In this document: positions 19,735-31,300 of the stretch, one piece after another
Numbering within the stretch: the stretch's first letter is position 1
Layout of the letters: each line of letters starts with the position of its first letter
DNA from: Tubulanus polymorphus
Taxonomy: Eukaryota; Animalia; Nemertea
DNA: 64,000 bases
Direction of reading: 5' to 3'
Assembly (NCBI RefSeq): GCF_964204645.1
Contig: NC_134033.1
Coordinates: forward strand, 2,190,131 to 2,254,130
The notes under the pieces: generated by a model
What the model saw: the letters and a program-made list of their open reading frames with translations, nothing else
What the model was told of the DNA's origin: nothing
Databases searched by the model: none
Program-made: the position numbers and the translations under genes

Positions 19735-21449
19735 TGAGATACTACAGAAATTATGAGATATATATACAATCCAGAGACAAAGAGACTAATTCAAGTAATC
19801 AGAGATGATACAAACTAAAGGAAAATTAACGTAGAAACAGTTACACGCTAAAATAGATTAAAGGGACGCAAACTAAGGGGTAATTAAAAATATTCGAAAT
19901 ATTTTTATATGCTTTTCTTGTCAAGGAGCTTAGAAATTGTTTAAATATACGCTGTAGTGTAAAGCGATGTATATGAGATAATGTCATAAAGTCATAGATA
20001 TAGATATCCCTCTTTATGCATTTTTGATATTATCCATTATCGACTTAGATTGAATGAGATGTCAATATACCTTGCACAATTATAGAGGCCGTGCAAGAGA
20101 CTGAGTAATTGCAAGTAGTTTAAATGATAACACAATCAATACAATCATCGAATGCCTTGATTTTTATCCGTTGTCAAGCGGCGCTATGTAATAAAAGTCC
20201 CTTTTAAATCCGTAAATCCCCAATTTCAGGTAAAATACCCCCTTTTTCAAAGAATATTTCAAATTAACTTATGTCTCCAAATTACTTCATCGGGAAGCAT
20301 TAGGGGCTAGCCTTAGCAGATAAAATACCCAATTCTACAAAGCATAGGTTAAAATCCGCCGCCTTTTGACTCGGAGCGCAAGTCGGACACAATCTTTTGG
20401 TCGTCAATTTACGTCATTATAATTATATCCAATTTATTCATATTTCATTGTACGGCATAATTAAAGAATATCATGGGCATACTGTACAAATTAACAGTTC
20501 ATTAATACTAAATGTTAATTAACATCAATGAATGTATGGTTGTTGGCGTTAAAAATCCCAAATCTTCAAAGTAGGTAAATATCGCCCATATTTGAGTGTA
20601 AATAGATTTATTCACAAATTATTGTGTAAATTTCAATTAAAACATATAGGATCTATAAACTAATTGATGCTGAAATTTCGCGCACGCTCTAGAAATGAGA
20701 GTTCTAGAGTTCATCGCACAGTTTGAATAAGAATCTAAAATGCTTCAAATGAAAATTTCATATTTTTGATAATTTATCGTTGCGCAATGCGAAGTATACC
20801 ACAATTTGAAAACCCTTCATAGATATTTCAGGTCGAAATAAGAAAAAACCAAAAAATTCATTAAATTCAATTTTTTCTCACAATCTAATTATAACAGTTA
20901 ACTGCGCATTCCAAATATATTGCAGTTTTATTGCAAATGAATAGAATTGGAGAAATAACCGCTTTGAAATATTTTTGATATATACTTTGAAGATTCGGGG
21001 GGTTTTACCTAGACAATGAGAACCCCCATACGTTCGTTGCATTTTTACCACCAAAAGTAAAATCTATGCCGACTGTAGTAGTCTAGCGATTTGAAACATT
21101 TGAAAAAACCTGGAAAAAAATCGTTATCGAAAAATAATGAAATTCTTGCAACTTAAAACTATGAAACACGAAGTCAACGTAAAACATTCTCTTTTATTCT
21201 GAAAATCTTAGTTCTTGTTCTCGATAAAGGCCCGGTAACAAAGGAGACTCATGGCTAACCAAGCATTTCCACTTAAAGACGAAACTAATTCTATAAGCGC
21301 CAAGTTTTGAAAGCAATTAAAAAGGTGACACGCTTTGTCCGTGATGTAATCGGCCCACGGAGTGGTCAGTTTTTGAAAAACTCTCCCTCTCACGCGGATG
21401 CGCGCCGCCTGCTCTATTCGACTGCTGATTAATATTCATGAGATAGAGC

Positions 21450-21574
21450 GTGGATGACGTCATCGTGTGACGTGGCTCAGCTAGCTACATCCGGGTATCC
21501 GGGAAACCTGCCTTTTCAGCCGGGTTAGTCGTAGGAGACGCACGTATACTCAACAAGCCGCTTCATTTTAATCG
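21450..21574 (+). promoter_or_regulatory. Promoter and non-coding exon 1 of eEF1A copy 2: CRE palindrome GATGACGTCATC, TGACGT, tandem ATCCGGG, TCT/TOP start CCTTTTC at ~21511, donor GTAAGA at 21575
   Basis: Motifs seen directly; CpG-rich; YY1-like CCGCCATCTT in intron 1. Confidence 0.65.
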
Positions 21575-22725
21575 GTAAGACAGTCGTTTTCGGTAGATTT
21601 TCGCCGTAATTTCTATAACTAAATTATCGAGGACTATCTTCGGTCAGTAAGGAACGTTTCGATTCGGGTTTTCGGGTCGTAATTAACGGGTTTAATCGAG
21701 TTTTTTCGAGGCGGGTCTCACGGAGGCTAACACGTGTTATGCCGCCTCAATCCGCCATCTTGTCTCGGCTCTATCGTTGGCTGATGAAACACGGGTACCC
21801 GGTTTTCGGGCGAGGTTTTCGGCGATATGAAGCAGTTTAAAGTTTAATCCCTTGTCGACTTTCGAGGCCGCGGTTTTTCGGCGTTTAAATTAAGGTGCCG
21901 TCGATTTTACAGCTCAAAAATTGAAGTTCCAAAATTAGGCTTTTTTCCTGTAGTCGATCTCGAAAAGGAAAGACCGAATAATTGATCTCCTTTCTTCTCG
22001 TTTTTGTTGGAATCAATGCTTGATTTGTAATATCCCTAAAATAGGATTGGTTTTGACCGATTTATTGCTTTTTCGTTAAGTTTATAAATGAATAATTTCT
22101 TAATGACTCAGCAACGTTCAATCATGCTATTCTTAGTTTCTATCTAATTTAAGAGTAATTTTCAAGCTTATGTTACGCCTTCAAATTGTTCCAAATTCTT
22201 AAATTGGATGTAAATATAATACATTTTCATTAACATTTTTTTTTAACTAAGAAGCCTTATGAGTGTAAGAACCTTAATTTCTAAATGGACTTTAAATTGA
22301 TAATGAATTCATTTTAAACAGCACTTAAGGGTTCAGGAATCAGTTGTAATCTTTTAAAAAAAAATTTAATTCCGAATCAAGAGCTTTTTATTCATGTTAG
22401 TTATATTTCAATCGCGAGCTTTCGTAGATCCAGTCTAGTCTTTCTCTATGGAGGTCTGGTCTTCGAGACTCGCTATTTTATCTCAACTACTCTAGGTTTA
22501 GGGAGAGTAAATTCCTTTGTTGAACTAAGCACCAGTGTCTAAGAAAACGAATTCCTTATTTTCATGAAAGTGATGAGTGAAGTGTTAGCTTAGAAACAAC
22601 ATCTTTGAAAACATAAGACTTTGAATTGGTTTCGACTTTGTGAAATAGGGTATTTGAGACGGCTTAAGAACTGTCCATATTCTTTAATAGCAATTTATAA
22701 TTCGTGTGGCCTGTCTCATGTATTT

Positions 22726-22803
22726 CCTATGATGAATATAATGTCATGCACCACTCTTAATCGGCTTCCTGAGCTGATATGTTGACTATGACCATTCTGA
22801 GGT
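22726..22803 (+). ncRNA. Box C/D snoRNA copy a; predicted guide for 18S rRNA Gm1271 (yeast)/Gm1328 (human), snR40/SNORD32-equivalent
   Basis: C box ATGATGA 22729, D box CTGA 22797; antisense GTCATGCACCAC before D'-like CTTA pairs with 18S GUGGUGCAUGGC. Confidence 0.8.
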
Positions 22804-23045
22804 TCGACCCTATTAACCCGCATGAAATATATGCGAAGTCTTTGAAAATACAGCGTTTTTAATCGCAACCCTTTTCGTGTGAAATATGGCCCAGGATTTG
22901 TTATGGGGACTCCTGAGCCTCGGGTGTCCTGAGGACTCCCTGAAACTTTGAAAAGCAATTTGTAATTGGTGTGTTCCCAAGATAAGAGATGACAGTAAAG
23001 CAGTCTGTAGTATTGGAAATCAACTCCTTAATGTATGGCCTGTCT

Positions 23046-23121
23046 CCTATGTTGAATATACCCTTGCACCACTCTAAAACGGCTTCCTGAGCTGATATGT
23101 CGACTATGACCATTCTGAGGT
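23046..23121 (+). ncRNA. Box C/D snoRNA copy b (variant C box ATGTTGA)
   Basis: Paralogous to copy a; D box 23115-23118 lies 73 nt upstream of the 3' splice site. Confidence 0.7.
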
Positions 23122-23200
23122 TTGCACCTATTTTAACTCCATCTTTATGAACATTTCATAACTGCAACTCTTGTTTAATGTATTTTTTCAGAGCGTAAAA

Positions 23201-26200
23201 ATGGCTCCGAAATCGGAAAAAACTCACATCAACATCGTCGTAGTCGGACATGTCGACTCCGGTAAATCTACATCTACCGGACATTTGATCTACAAATGCG
23301 GCGGTATCGACAAGAGAGCTATCGAGAAATTCGAGAAAGAAGCTCAAGAGGTAACTATATATAGAGGATTGACATGAGCTTTGGGACTTGGAACTGGTCT
23401 TAAGATTATAAATAAGTTATTCAATTGAAATCAGTTGTTTTAGGTAAAGTTGAGGTTAGACCAGTCCAGGCTTAAGTAGATATGCTAATTGAATTAAAAA
23501 TGATAATGTAAGGCTGGTCTTGAGAAGTTTGAGCTTATGCTGACTGGTCTTAAGTTGTTTGATCGGCTTTATACCAAACTGATCTAAAACTGGTCTTAAG
23601 TTATGCTATAGTCTAAATAAGCCAAAACTTAGACTGATCGGCTTTATACCAAACTGATCTTAAACTGGTCTTAAGTTATGCTATAGTCTAAATAAGCCAA
23701 AACTTAGACTGGTCTTAAGCTGTTGAGATTGGCTATAGAACTGAAATGATCTTAGGCCTGGCTTGAGTTTAAGCTTATATATCAAAATGAGCTATAACTT
23801 AGGCTGGTCTTACATTAGGATTGGTCTGGAGTTGTTAGATAGAGGTTTTAGCACCAAAACGAGCTGGTTAAATAAGTAGAACTAACATGTAACAAATTGG
23901 ATAATCTGTTGTTTTTCAGCTCGGAAAGGGTTCGTTCAAGTACGCCTGGGTGTTGGACAAGTTGAAGGCCGAACGTGAACGTGGTATCACCATTGATATC
24001 GCTTTGTGGAAATTCGAAACGAAGAACTTCTACGTCACGATCATCGACGCTCCGGGACATCGTGATTTCATCAAGAACATGATCACCGGTACATCCCAGG
24101 TAAACGAGGGTCCGAATAAATTGATCTCGATTAACTGTCGAAAGCTTTTGGCTGATTTCCTGCAACCGTCTTTAACCTTGAGGGACCTTAATCAGTTCCA
24201 ACTTGAAAGTTTGTAGAACTGAGGTTACTAAATCTAGTTCCGCATTCCACTCTTTATTTGTTATGCAACATTATTGATTTTGACTCAAACTCGCGTTTGC
24301 GGAACCGGAGTTGGAACCTTATCTCATCGAACTTAATTTGATTCTGATAAATGTCTCATTCCTATGATGAATTTACGATGTCATGCACCACTCTAAATCG
24401 GCTGCCAAAGCTGATATGTTTGATTATGACCATTCTGAGAGCTTGTATGAGACATCTGGATTAAGAATGTCGAGGAATTATTCTCTTAATATTTCGTTAA
24501 TTATTTTCGTAGGCGGATTGTGCTGTGCTGATTGTTGCTTCCAGTACCGGTGAATTCGAAGCCGGTATCAGCAAAGAGGGACAGACCCGTGAACACGCCC
24601 TGTTGTGTTACACCCTCGGCGTCAAACAATTGATCATCGGAGTCAACAAGATCGACAACACGTCGCCGCCCTACTCCGAGCAACGTTTCAAGGAAATCAC
24701 CAAGGAGGTGTCCGCTTACATCAAGAAGGTACGTTTTTTCGTTTGAAGTTTAGTTGATCGGACTCATCTCGATCTGCTGAGTGGCCGCTGAAGGATTTTG
24801 GGCAAATTCCCCTCAACTGACAAGTTCTAACCTGTGAACTTGGTTGACTTAGTTACCTAGACAGTGTACAGGGTGGTCACTGGCCAGTAATACTAAAGGG
24901 ATATAAAAAATCTGGAAAAGCAGAAGGCAATTTTAACAAGATTTTGCTTACTTAATTGACCACGTCTTCCTTTATCAATGAAAAAAAAAATTAAGTGTTA
25001 CATTTTAAACTTAGAAGAGATTTCTCAGATTTTTGTCAGAATCGCGTCAGTAGATCTGAAATAAAAACTCAAAATTTGTACCGGCCTTCTTGTGATGACC
25101 CTCTCCGTTGTGAGAGTTCAGGATTGAAGTTCAGTAAGCGTTAATTAGCGTTGGTTGTTATTTTAGGTGGGATACAACCCGAAAACCGTCGCGATGGTGC
25201 CAATCTCCGGATGGGTCGGCGACAACATGATCGAGCCGTCGGACAACATGTCCTGGTACAAGGGATGGGAAATCGAACGCAAGAACAAAGACGGCAAAAT
25301 GGAAACTGCTAAGGGTAAAACTCTGCTCGAAGCTTTGGACGCTATCGTTCCGCCGACGCGACCGACCGACAAACCTCTCCGTCTTCCACTCCAGGATGTC
25401 TACAAGATCGGAGGTACGTATTTGTTGTTCAGCGCTTGTTGATGTCAGTTTTTTCATGAAAAGAAATTAATAAGTCGGGTCCCTTTGAAAAACGGGAGGG
25501 TCCCATAATATGTCACGGTACCTGAAACGAAAGCTAGTTTGAAAAAAAAAACGGGCGGGTCTTGGACCTGGCTCTTATTGAAAACACTGGTTGTCCGGCG
25601 TTATGTTTTGGTCCATTGAATGCTTTAAAGCCAAGTTACCTCCTAAGACGGTAAATGTCAATATTATATCGGTGACAATTGCTTGAAATATATTGAGGTA
25701 ATTTGAAATGTTAGGATTATGTCATAATTACATGACAAAAGGTTCTCAATTTTTTGGGGGTATCGAGTGTCAAACACTAAACAGTGAATGCAGCCTCTTG
25801 TCGACTATTTTGATTAAAACTTACAGATTTTTTCTTACGGGAGCTTTGTCGCCCTAGATTAATCGCAAATTTTCGTCGAATTTGTAGGTATTGGAACGGT
25901 GCCAGTAGGTCGTATTGAAACCGGTACGTTGAAGGCCGGTATGGTCGTCACGTTCGCGCCAGCAGGTGTCACCACCGAGGTGAAATCCGTCGAGATGCAT
26001 CACGAGACCCTCGAAGTCGGTAACCCCGGAGACAACGTCGGTTTCAACGTCAAGAACGTGTCGGTGAAAGACATCAAACGAGGAAATGTCGCCGGTGACT
26101 CGAAGAGCGATCCTCCCAAGGAAACTAGATGCTTCAACGCACAGGTAATTGATGAAAATCCTTTCGGACTTTTTGTTGCAGTTATTGCTATCGAATACTT

Positions 26201-26969
26201 GGATCTGTTATCTGCAGTTTTCAGTTAATAGGGGATTTAAAAAATTGTCTTCTGAGAAATGTTTTGGGAAAAATAAGTAACACTTCACGTAGCACTTTGA
26301 TGTAGCATCTCACTTCATAATTGCCAGATATAATGCTGATCGTCTGTTCTGTTTCCTTTTGGGGATTTAAAAAAAAAAACGAATACTTAGGGATTTTAAG
26401 TTTATCTTGCTTGAACAAAGCAAAGATTCATATTTCAAGTAATTATGAGGAATATATTGAATTATTATTAGCTTTGTAAACAAAATGTTAAATACTTAGG
26501 ATTTTGTTTATTTACGTTTAATGAAAAGTATCACAATTCAGGAATGACCAGTGGGAACCATGGATGTGACATGAATCGTAACTAATGAATTTGTGTATTT
26601 TTGTTTGCGCAGGTTATCGTGTTGAACCATCCCGGACAGATCCACGCCGGATACGCGCCGGTGCTCGATTGCCACACGGCTCACATCGCCTGCAAGTTCA
26701 ACGAGCTGAAAGAGAAGTGCGATCGTCGATCGGGCAAGAAACTCGAGGACAATCCGAAGTTCGTGAAGAACGGCGACGCCGCCATCGTCGAGCTCGTGCC
26801 GTCGAAGCCGATGTGCGTCGAGGCGTTCAGCGAGTACCCGCCGCTCGGTCGGTTCGCGTGTCGCGACATGAAACAAACCGTCGCCGTCGGCGTCATCAAG
26901 TCGGTCGAGAAGAAAGACAAGGCCGACAAGGTGACGAAATCCGCGGCCAAGGCCACCAAGAAGAAATAG
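23201..26969 (+). CDS. EEF1A: Elongation factor 1-alpha, copy 2 (468 aa), snoRNA host
   Basis: Exons 23201-23350, 23920-24099, 24513-24728, 25167-25413, 25888-26144, 26613-26969; intact 1407-nt frame; same intron positions as copy 1. Confidence 0.97.
23390..23840. repeat. Degenerate ~47-bp MITE-derived array, reverse orientation
   Basis: Repeated ctggtcttaagttgttagattggctatagaac-like units. Confidence 0.75.
24361..24441 (+). ncRNA. Box C/D snoRNA copy c
   Basis: C box 24364, D box 24435-24438; flanking stem ATGTCTCAT/ATGAGACAT; 74 nt upstream of the 3' splice site. Confidence 0.8.
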
Positions 26970-27609
26970 TCGCACGTGCGCATCTCGCGCGCGAATACTT
27001 AGACAAAAATTGTGTTATGTATAATTTACGAAAATTACTGTAAAACTCGCGAATTAAAAAAAAATGAAGATTAACGAAAAAACTTAATTAAAATATCTTG
27101 TACAAAAAAAAATGTCTCGGCGGGGACGGTCTCAACAAACGGTGGGTAGTGTGGTATTTTGTCGGCAAATCTCTGTGTAATGTCTCCCTTGAATAAACCT
27201 CGGAAAAATCTGGTTACTACAACTAGGACGCGGACTTTATAAAACGGTCATCATTATTAAAACGCTTAAAAAGTTACGAGCGCGAAAACGAAAAATTATG
27301 TTTTTAGAATTCACACGCGAATTTCGCGCGAACTGATTGTTTTGAAAACGAACGACGTTTTGAAGAGTTTGTATTTGAAATCTAAACCGGATGCTTAGGA
27401 TAATTATTATTACTATTATTTTTAATGGTGCGGCTTTTCGAGAGAAAGCTTTTGAGAAAGGAAAAAAAAACTTCGAAGAAAATGTCTAATATTTAAAGAT
27501 AAGAGAATGGATTGTCTCGGATAATTGTGTTCATTTCGTTTAAGGGAATTTTAATGCAGAATTGTGCAAAAAAATACATATTTATGTCTCCTGAATTTTA
27601 TTCGTTTGT

Positions 27610-27903
27610 TCATTGTGCGTTCTTCGTCTTTTTACGGGGATTTGATTTTTGAGGATTGACTTGATTTTGATTCGACTGGTTATTGAAACGAGTCATGACT
27701 TGACACTCGGGAACTTGCTGGTGCCGTGATGGAAGCTCTTTTTGACGAATTTCTCTACATTGCTGACTCTGCTGATTTCGGTAGGGATTCGCTGGTGATT
27801 GAGCCCTTAAGGAAACTGGTGCGCGCTGATGAGATTGCGTCATGACCGCAGGAACTGCTGACGATGTGGCTCTTACTTTCAAAATTGAAATAGTCGATGC
27901 CAT
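27610..27903 (-). CDS. Putative small orphan protein, 97 aa, Q/N/S/R-rich
   Basis: ATG in AGAATGG context; AATAAA 8 nt after the stop; divergent from PCCA; no recognisable domain. Confidence 0.3.
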   Translation of the reverse strand: MASTISILKVRATSSAVPAVMTQSHQRAPVSLRAQSPANPYRNQQSQQCREIRQKELPSRHQQVPECQVMTRFNNQSNQNQVNPQKSNPRKKTKNAQ

Positions 27904-28350
27904 TCTGATTGCTGGCTAGTTGTCTAATCAGTGTCAGTTGTATTGGTTTACATGTTGTTGGCAGAAATGTCTGATTGTGAAAAAACCCCAGACCAAACCT
28001 GATAATTCATGACCGGTTATATAAGAGTACCTTGATAAGAAACAGCCCACTGAGGATATTTTGGTACTCCTCTTTTCACTCGAGCTTCAGGGAAGGACGT
28101 GTGAACAATCTAATGAATTAAGTATCAATTAATAGTAATTAGTCTACGTCGATGGGTCTACTAAGCACCAATTTAATTGATTGTCTAGCATATGCCTTTT
28201 TAACTGGTCTGTTATTCCACTAGCGAGAATATTTTTGGCCTTGAATGTGTCATCGGAGCAACCCTCACAGTGCCCGTTTACGGTTAAAAGCTAATCCCCA
28301 GATTCTGATAACGATTATACGCAATCCAGCATCGCCCGCTGATTGAGAAA

Positions 28351-31300
28351 ATGGCGTCGACCTTCAGGTGTTCTTCGTTGTGCGCGAGAGGTTTTCTGGT
28401 TCGAGCTTTGCTGTCTAGAGGCAGATCGACAGTAAGTGAACTCTGAAATACTCAGATTATATACAGAAATTAACTGACAAGTTTAATTCCGACTGACGTT
28501 TCTTTTTAGGCCCGAAATCGGGATATATCTAGTACAATCCAATTCAATAGATAACTTTATTGATCGATGTCGGATGTGTATGTCTGGTAATCGGATATCT
28601 AGCCGATGCGGCTTTATTCTTATCAATTTCACCAACAAACAAAAGTAGAAAAGATCAATTTTTTTTTCAAATAAGGTTAGAAAAAAGGGTCTGAGTTGGT
28701 AAGAGTTATGTACAGGGTTTAAATGTACATAAAAAGCCCACAATTTGGCACAATAAAAATGAATTTATCACTGTACCAGACAGAGTCAGACGTCACAGAC
28801 AGAGGAGGTCCGAGTGACTCTAAACTCAGTGAGTAACATTAATATGTTTTACATCCCAACTGTGAGTTACAGTAGTGGGTCACAAGAGACTCAATACTTT
28901 GTGAGGAACTACACAGAATCTGATCATGCACTACGACAACGAGAGACAATACTTCAGATTCAATACTTCGTGATTTTTTTTCTCCCTGCAGAGTCTTACT
29001 ATCTGTAGTAAGGCTAACAATACTTAGTATATAGTGTAGCAAAAGAATTTTTGAGTGTAGGCATATGGCTACTGGTTAGAAATCTTTTGACTTGAACTAG
29101 AACTTTTATTTTATTTCGCAGAATAATTACGAATCATATATTAGGAGATACATGCAATAGAATATTATATTAATATATTTGACTTAGTTATATATTAATT
29201 GACTTAGGCCTATATATCAATAGATTTGACCATGTCTACTATTATGGTCCAGACGGATCTTGTCATCTCATCTGGGAACAAGCAAAAAAGTTATAGATTT
29301 ATTGAGATGTGTCAAGAGACCGACAGGGAATCCATGATTTATTGCGATGTATCAAGAGATGGACAGGGAATCCATGATTTATTGAGATGTATCAAGAGAC
29401 CGACAGGGAATCCATGATTTATTGAGATGTGTCAAGAGACCGACAGGGAATCCATGATTTATTGCGATGTATCAAGAGATGGACAGGGAATCCCTGATTT
29501 ATTGAGATGTATCAAGAGACCGACAGGGAATCCATGATTTATTGCGATGTATCAAGAGACCGACAGGGAATCCATGATTTATTGAGATGTATCATGAGAC
29601 GGACAGGGAATCCCTGATTTATTGAGATGTATCAAGAGATGGACAGGGAATCCCTGATTTATTGAGATGTATCAAGAGATGGACAGGGAATCCCTGATTT
29701 ATTGAGATGTATCAAGAGACCGACAGGGAATCCCTGATTTATTGAGATGTATCAAGAGATGGACAGGGAATCCATGATTTATTGAGATGTATCAAGAGAT
29801 GGACAGGGAATCCCTGATTTATTGAGATGTATCAAGAGACCGACAGGGAATCCATGATTTATTGCGATGTATCAAGAGACCGACAGGGAATCCATGATTT
29901 ATTGAGATGTATCATGAGATGGACAGGGAATCCCTGATTTATTGAGATGTATCAAGAGACCGACAGGGAATCCATGATTTATTGAGATGTATCAAGAGAT
30001 GGACAGGGAATCCATGATTTATTGAGATGTATCAAGAGATGGACAGGGAATCCCTGTTTTATTGAGATGTATCAAGAGACCGACAGAGAATCCATGATTT
30101 ATTGAGATGTATCAAGAGATGGACAGGGAATCCCTGATTTATTTTTCCCTGCAAAGTGGTTCTTCTATGAGTATAGTAGGCCTATGGCTACTGGTTAGAA
30201 ATCTATCGATTATGGTCTTCGCTTTGGTCCAGCGGGGGCTCGTCATTTCTTCTGGGAACTGGCAAAAAAGTTTATAGATTTATTGAGATTTATCTATTTT
30301 TTCGTAGGAAGTTCGCTATTTGTCGGTTTCATCGCGATTCGGAAGGGAGTTTTATTGGAACGACAGACACGACGCTAATGAATCGGTAAGAGAAAGATGC
30401 TGCTGACCTGGGACAATCTACGGAAAATTAGGGGACTCAAGTGGGAAAAATCTCGAAAAAAATCAGTAAAATTCATGGAATTTTACAAATTTTCTCATGA
30501 TTCTCGAAAAATCATGAAATTTGACGAATTTTCTCAAATGTCTGGAAAACTCATCGAATTTGACGTTTTTCAAAAATCTGGAAAACTCATCGAATTTTAC
30601 AAATTTTCTGACCTGTGAAAATCTACGGAAAATTAGGGGACTCCAGTGGGAAAAATCTCGAATAAAATCGGTAAAACAACTTGGGAAATTTGATGAATTT
30701 TGTTTGGAATCTGGAAAATTCATGGAATTTTACAAATTTTCTCATTATTCTGGGAAACATTGAATTTTACAAATTTTCTCAAAAGTTTGGAAAACTTATG
30801 GAATTTTACAAATTTTCTCCTAATTCTGGAAAAATCATGAAATTTTACGAATTTTCTCAAAAATCTAGAAAACTCATGAAATTTGGCATAGTTTCTAAAA
30901 AATCTGGAAAACCCATGTAATTTGACATATTTATCCAAGAGTCTGGAAAACTCATGGAATTTCGATATTTTCTATCTATGCATGGTTCAAAGAAATGAAT
31001 AAATTATTTCATTTTTACCGACAAATTTCCCCGATTCACAAATTCCTAATTCGTGTCACTATGTCAGCCTTGTACGTCTAAATCACTGAATCTGTGTTAA
31101 AATCTGACATTGAGATTCTTGATGAAGGAATTTTACCCCATAACATGAAAATTCAGGGGGGGGGGTGGGGTAGCCACCCTGTAAGAGATTGCCTATTCTT
31201 TTGCTTCCTTGATTATTTGTGAATTTTAATCTTCGTAATTTTTTTTCCAGAAATTCGACAAAGTTCTGATCGCGAATCGAGGCGAGATTGCTTGTCGCGT

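Noticed and set aside
22568-22660. Isolated C-box GTGATGA (also at 12294 and 25092)
   Set aside because: No CTGA D box or terminal stem at a suitable distance
24745-24866. Two hairpins followed by ACA in an eEF1A-2 intron (H/ACA snoRNA candidate)
   Set aside because: No ANANNA H box between the hairpins and no target identified
26538-26983. Long antisense ORFs over eEF1A exons (also 7986, 8605, 23156, 23848)
   Set aside because: Shadow ORFs caused by codon bias of the sense gene
29297-30143. CRISPR-like periodic array (also 1075-1575, 45500-45887, 61452-62277)
   Set aside because: Head-to-tail units with no unique spacers, no cas genes, eukaryotic introns
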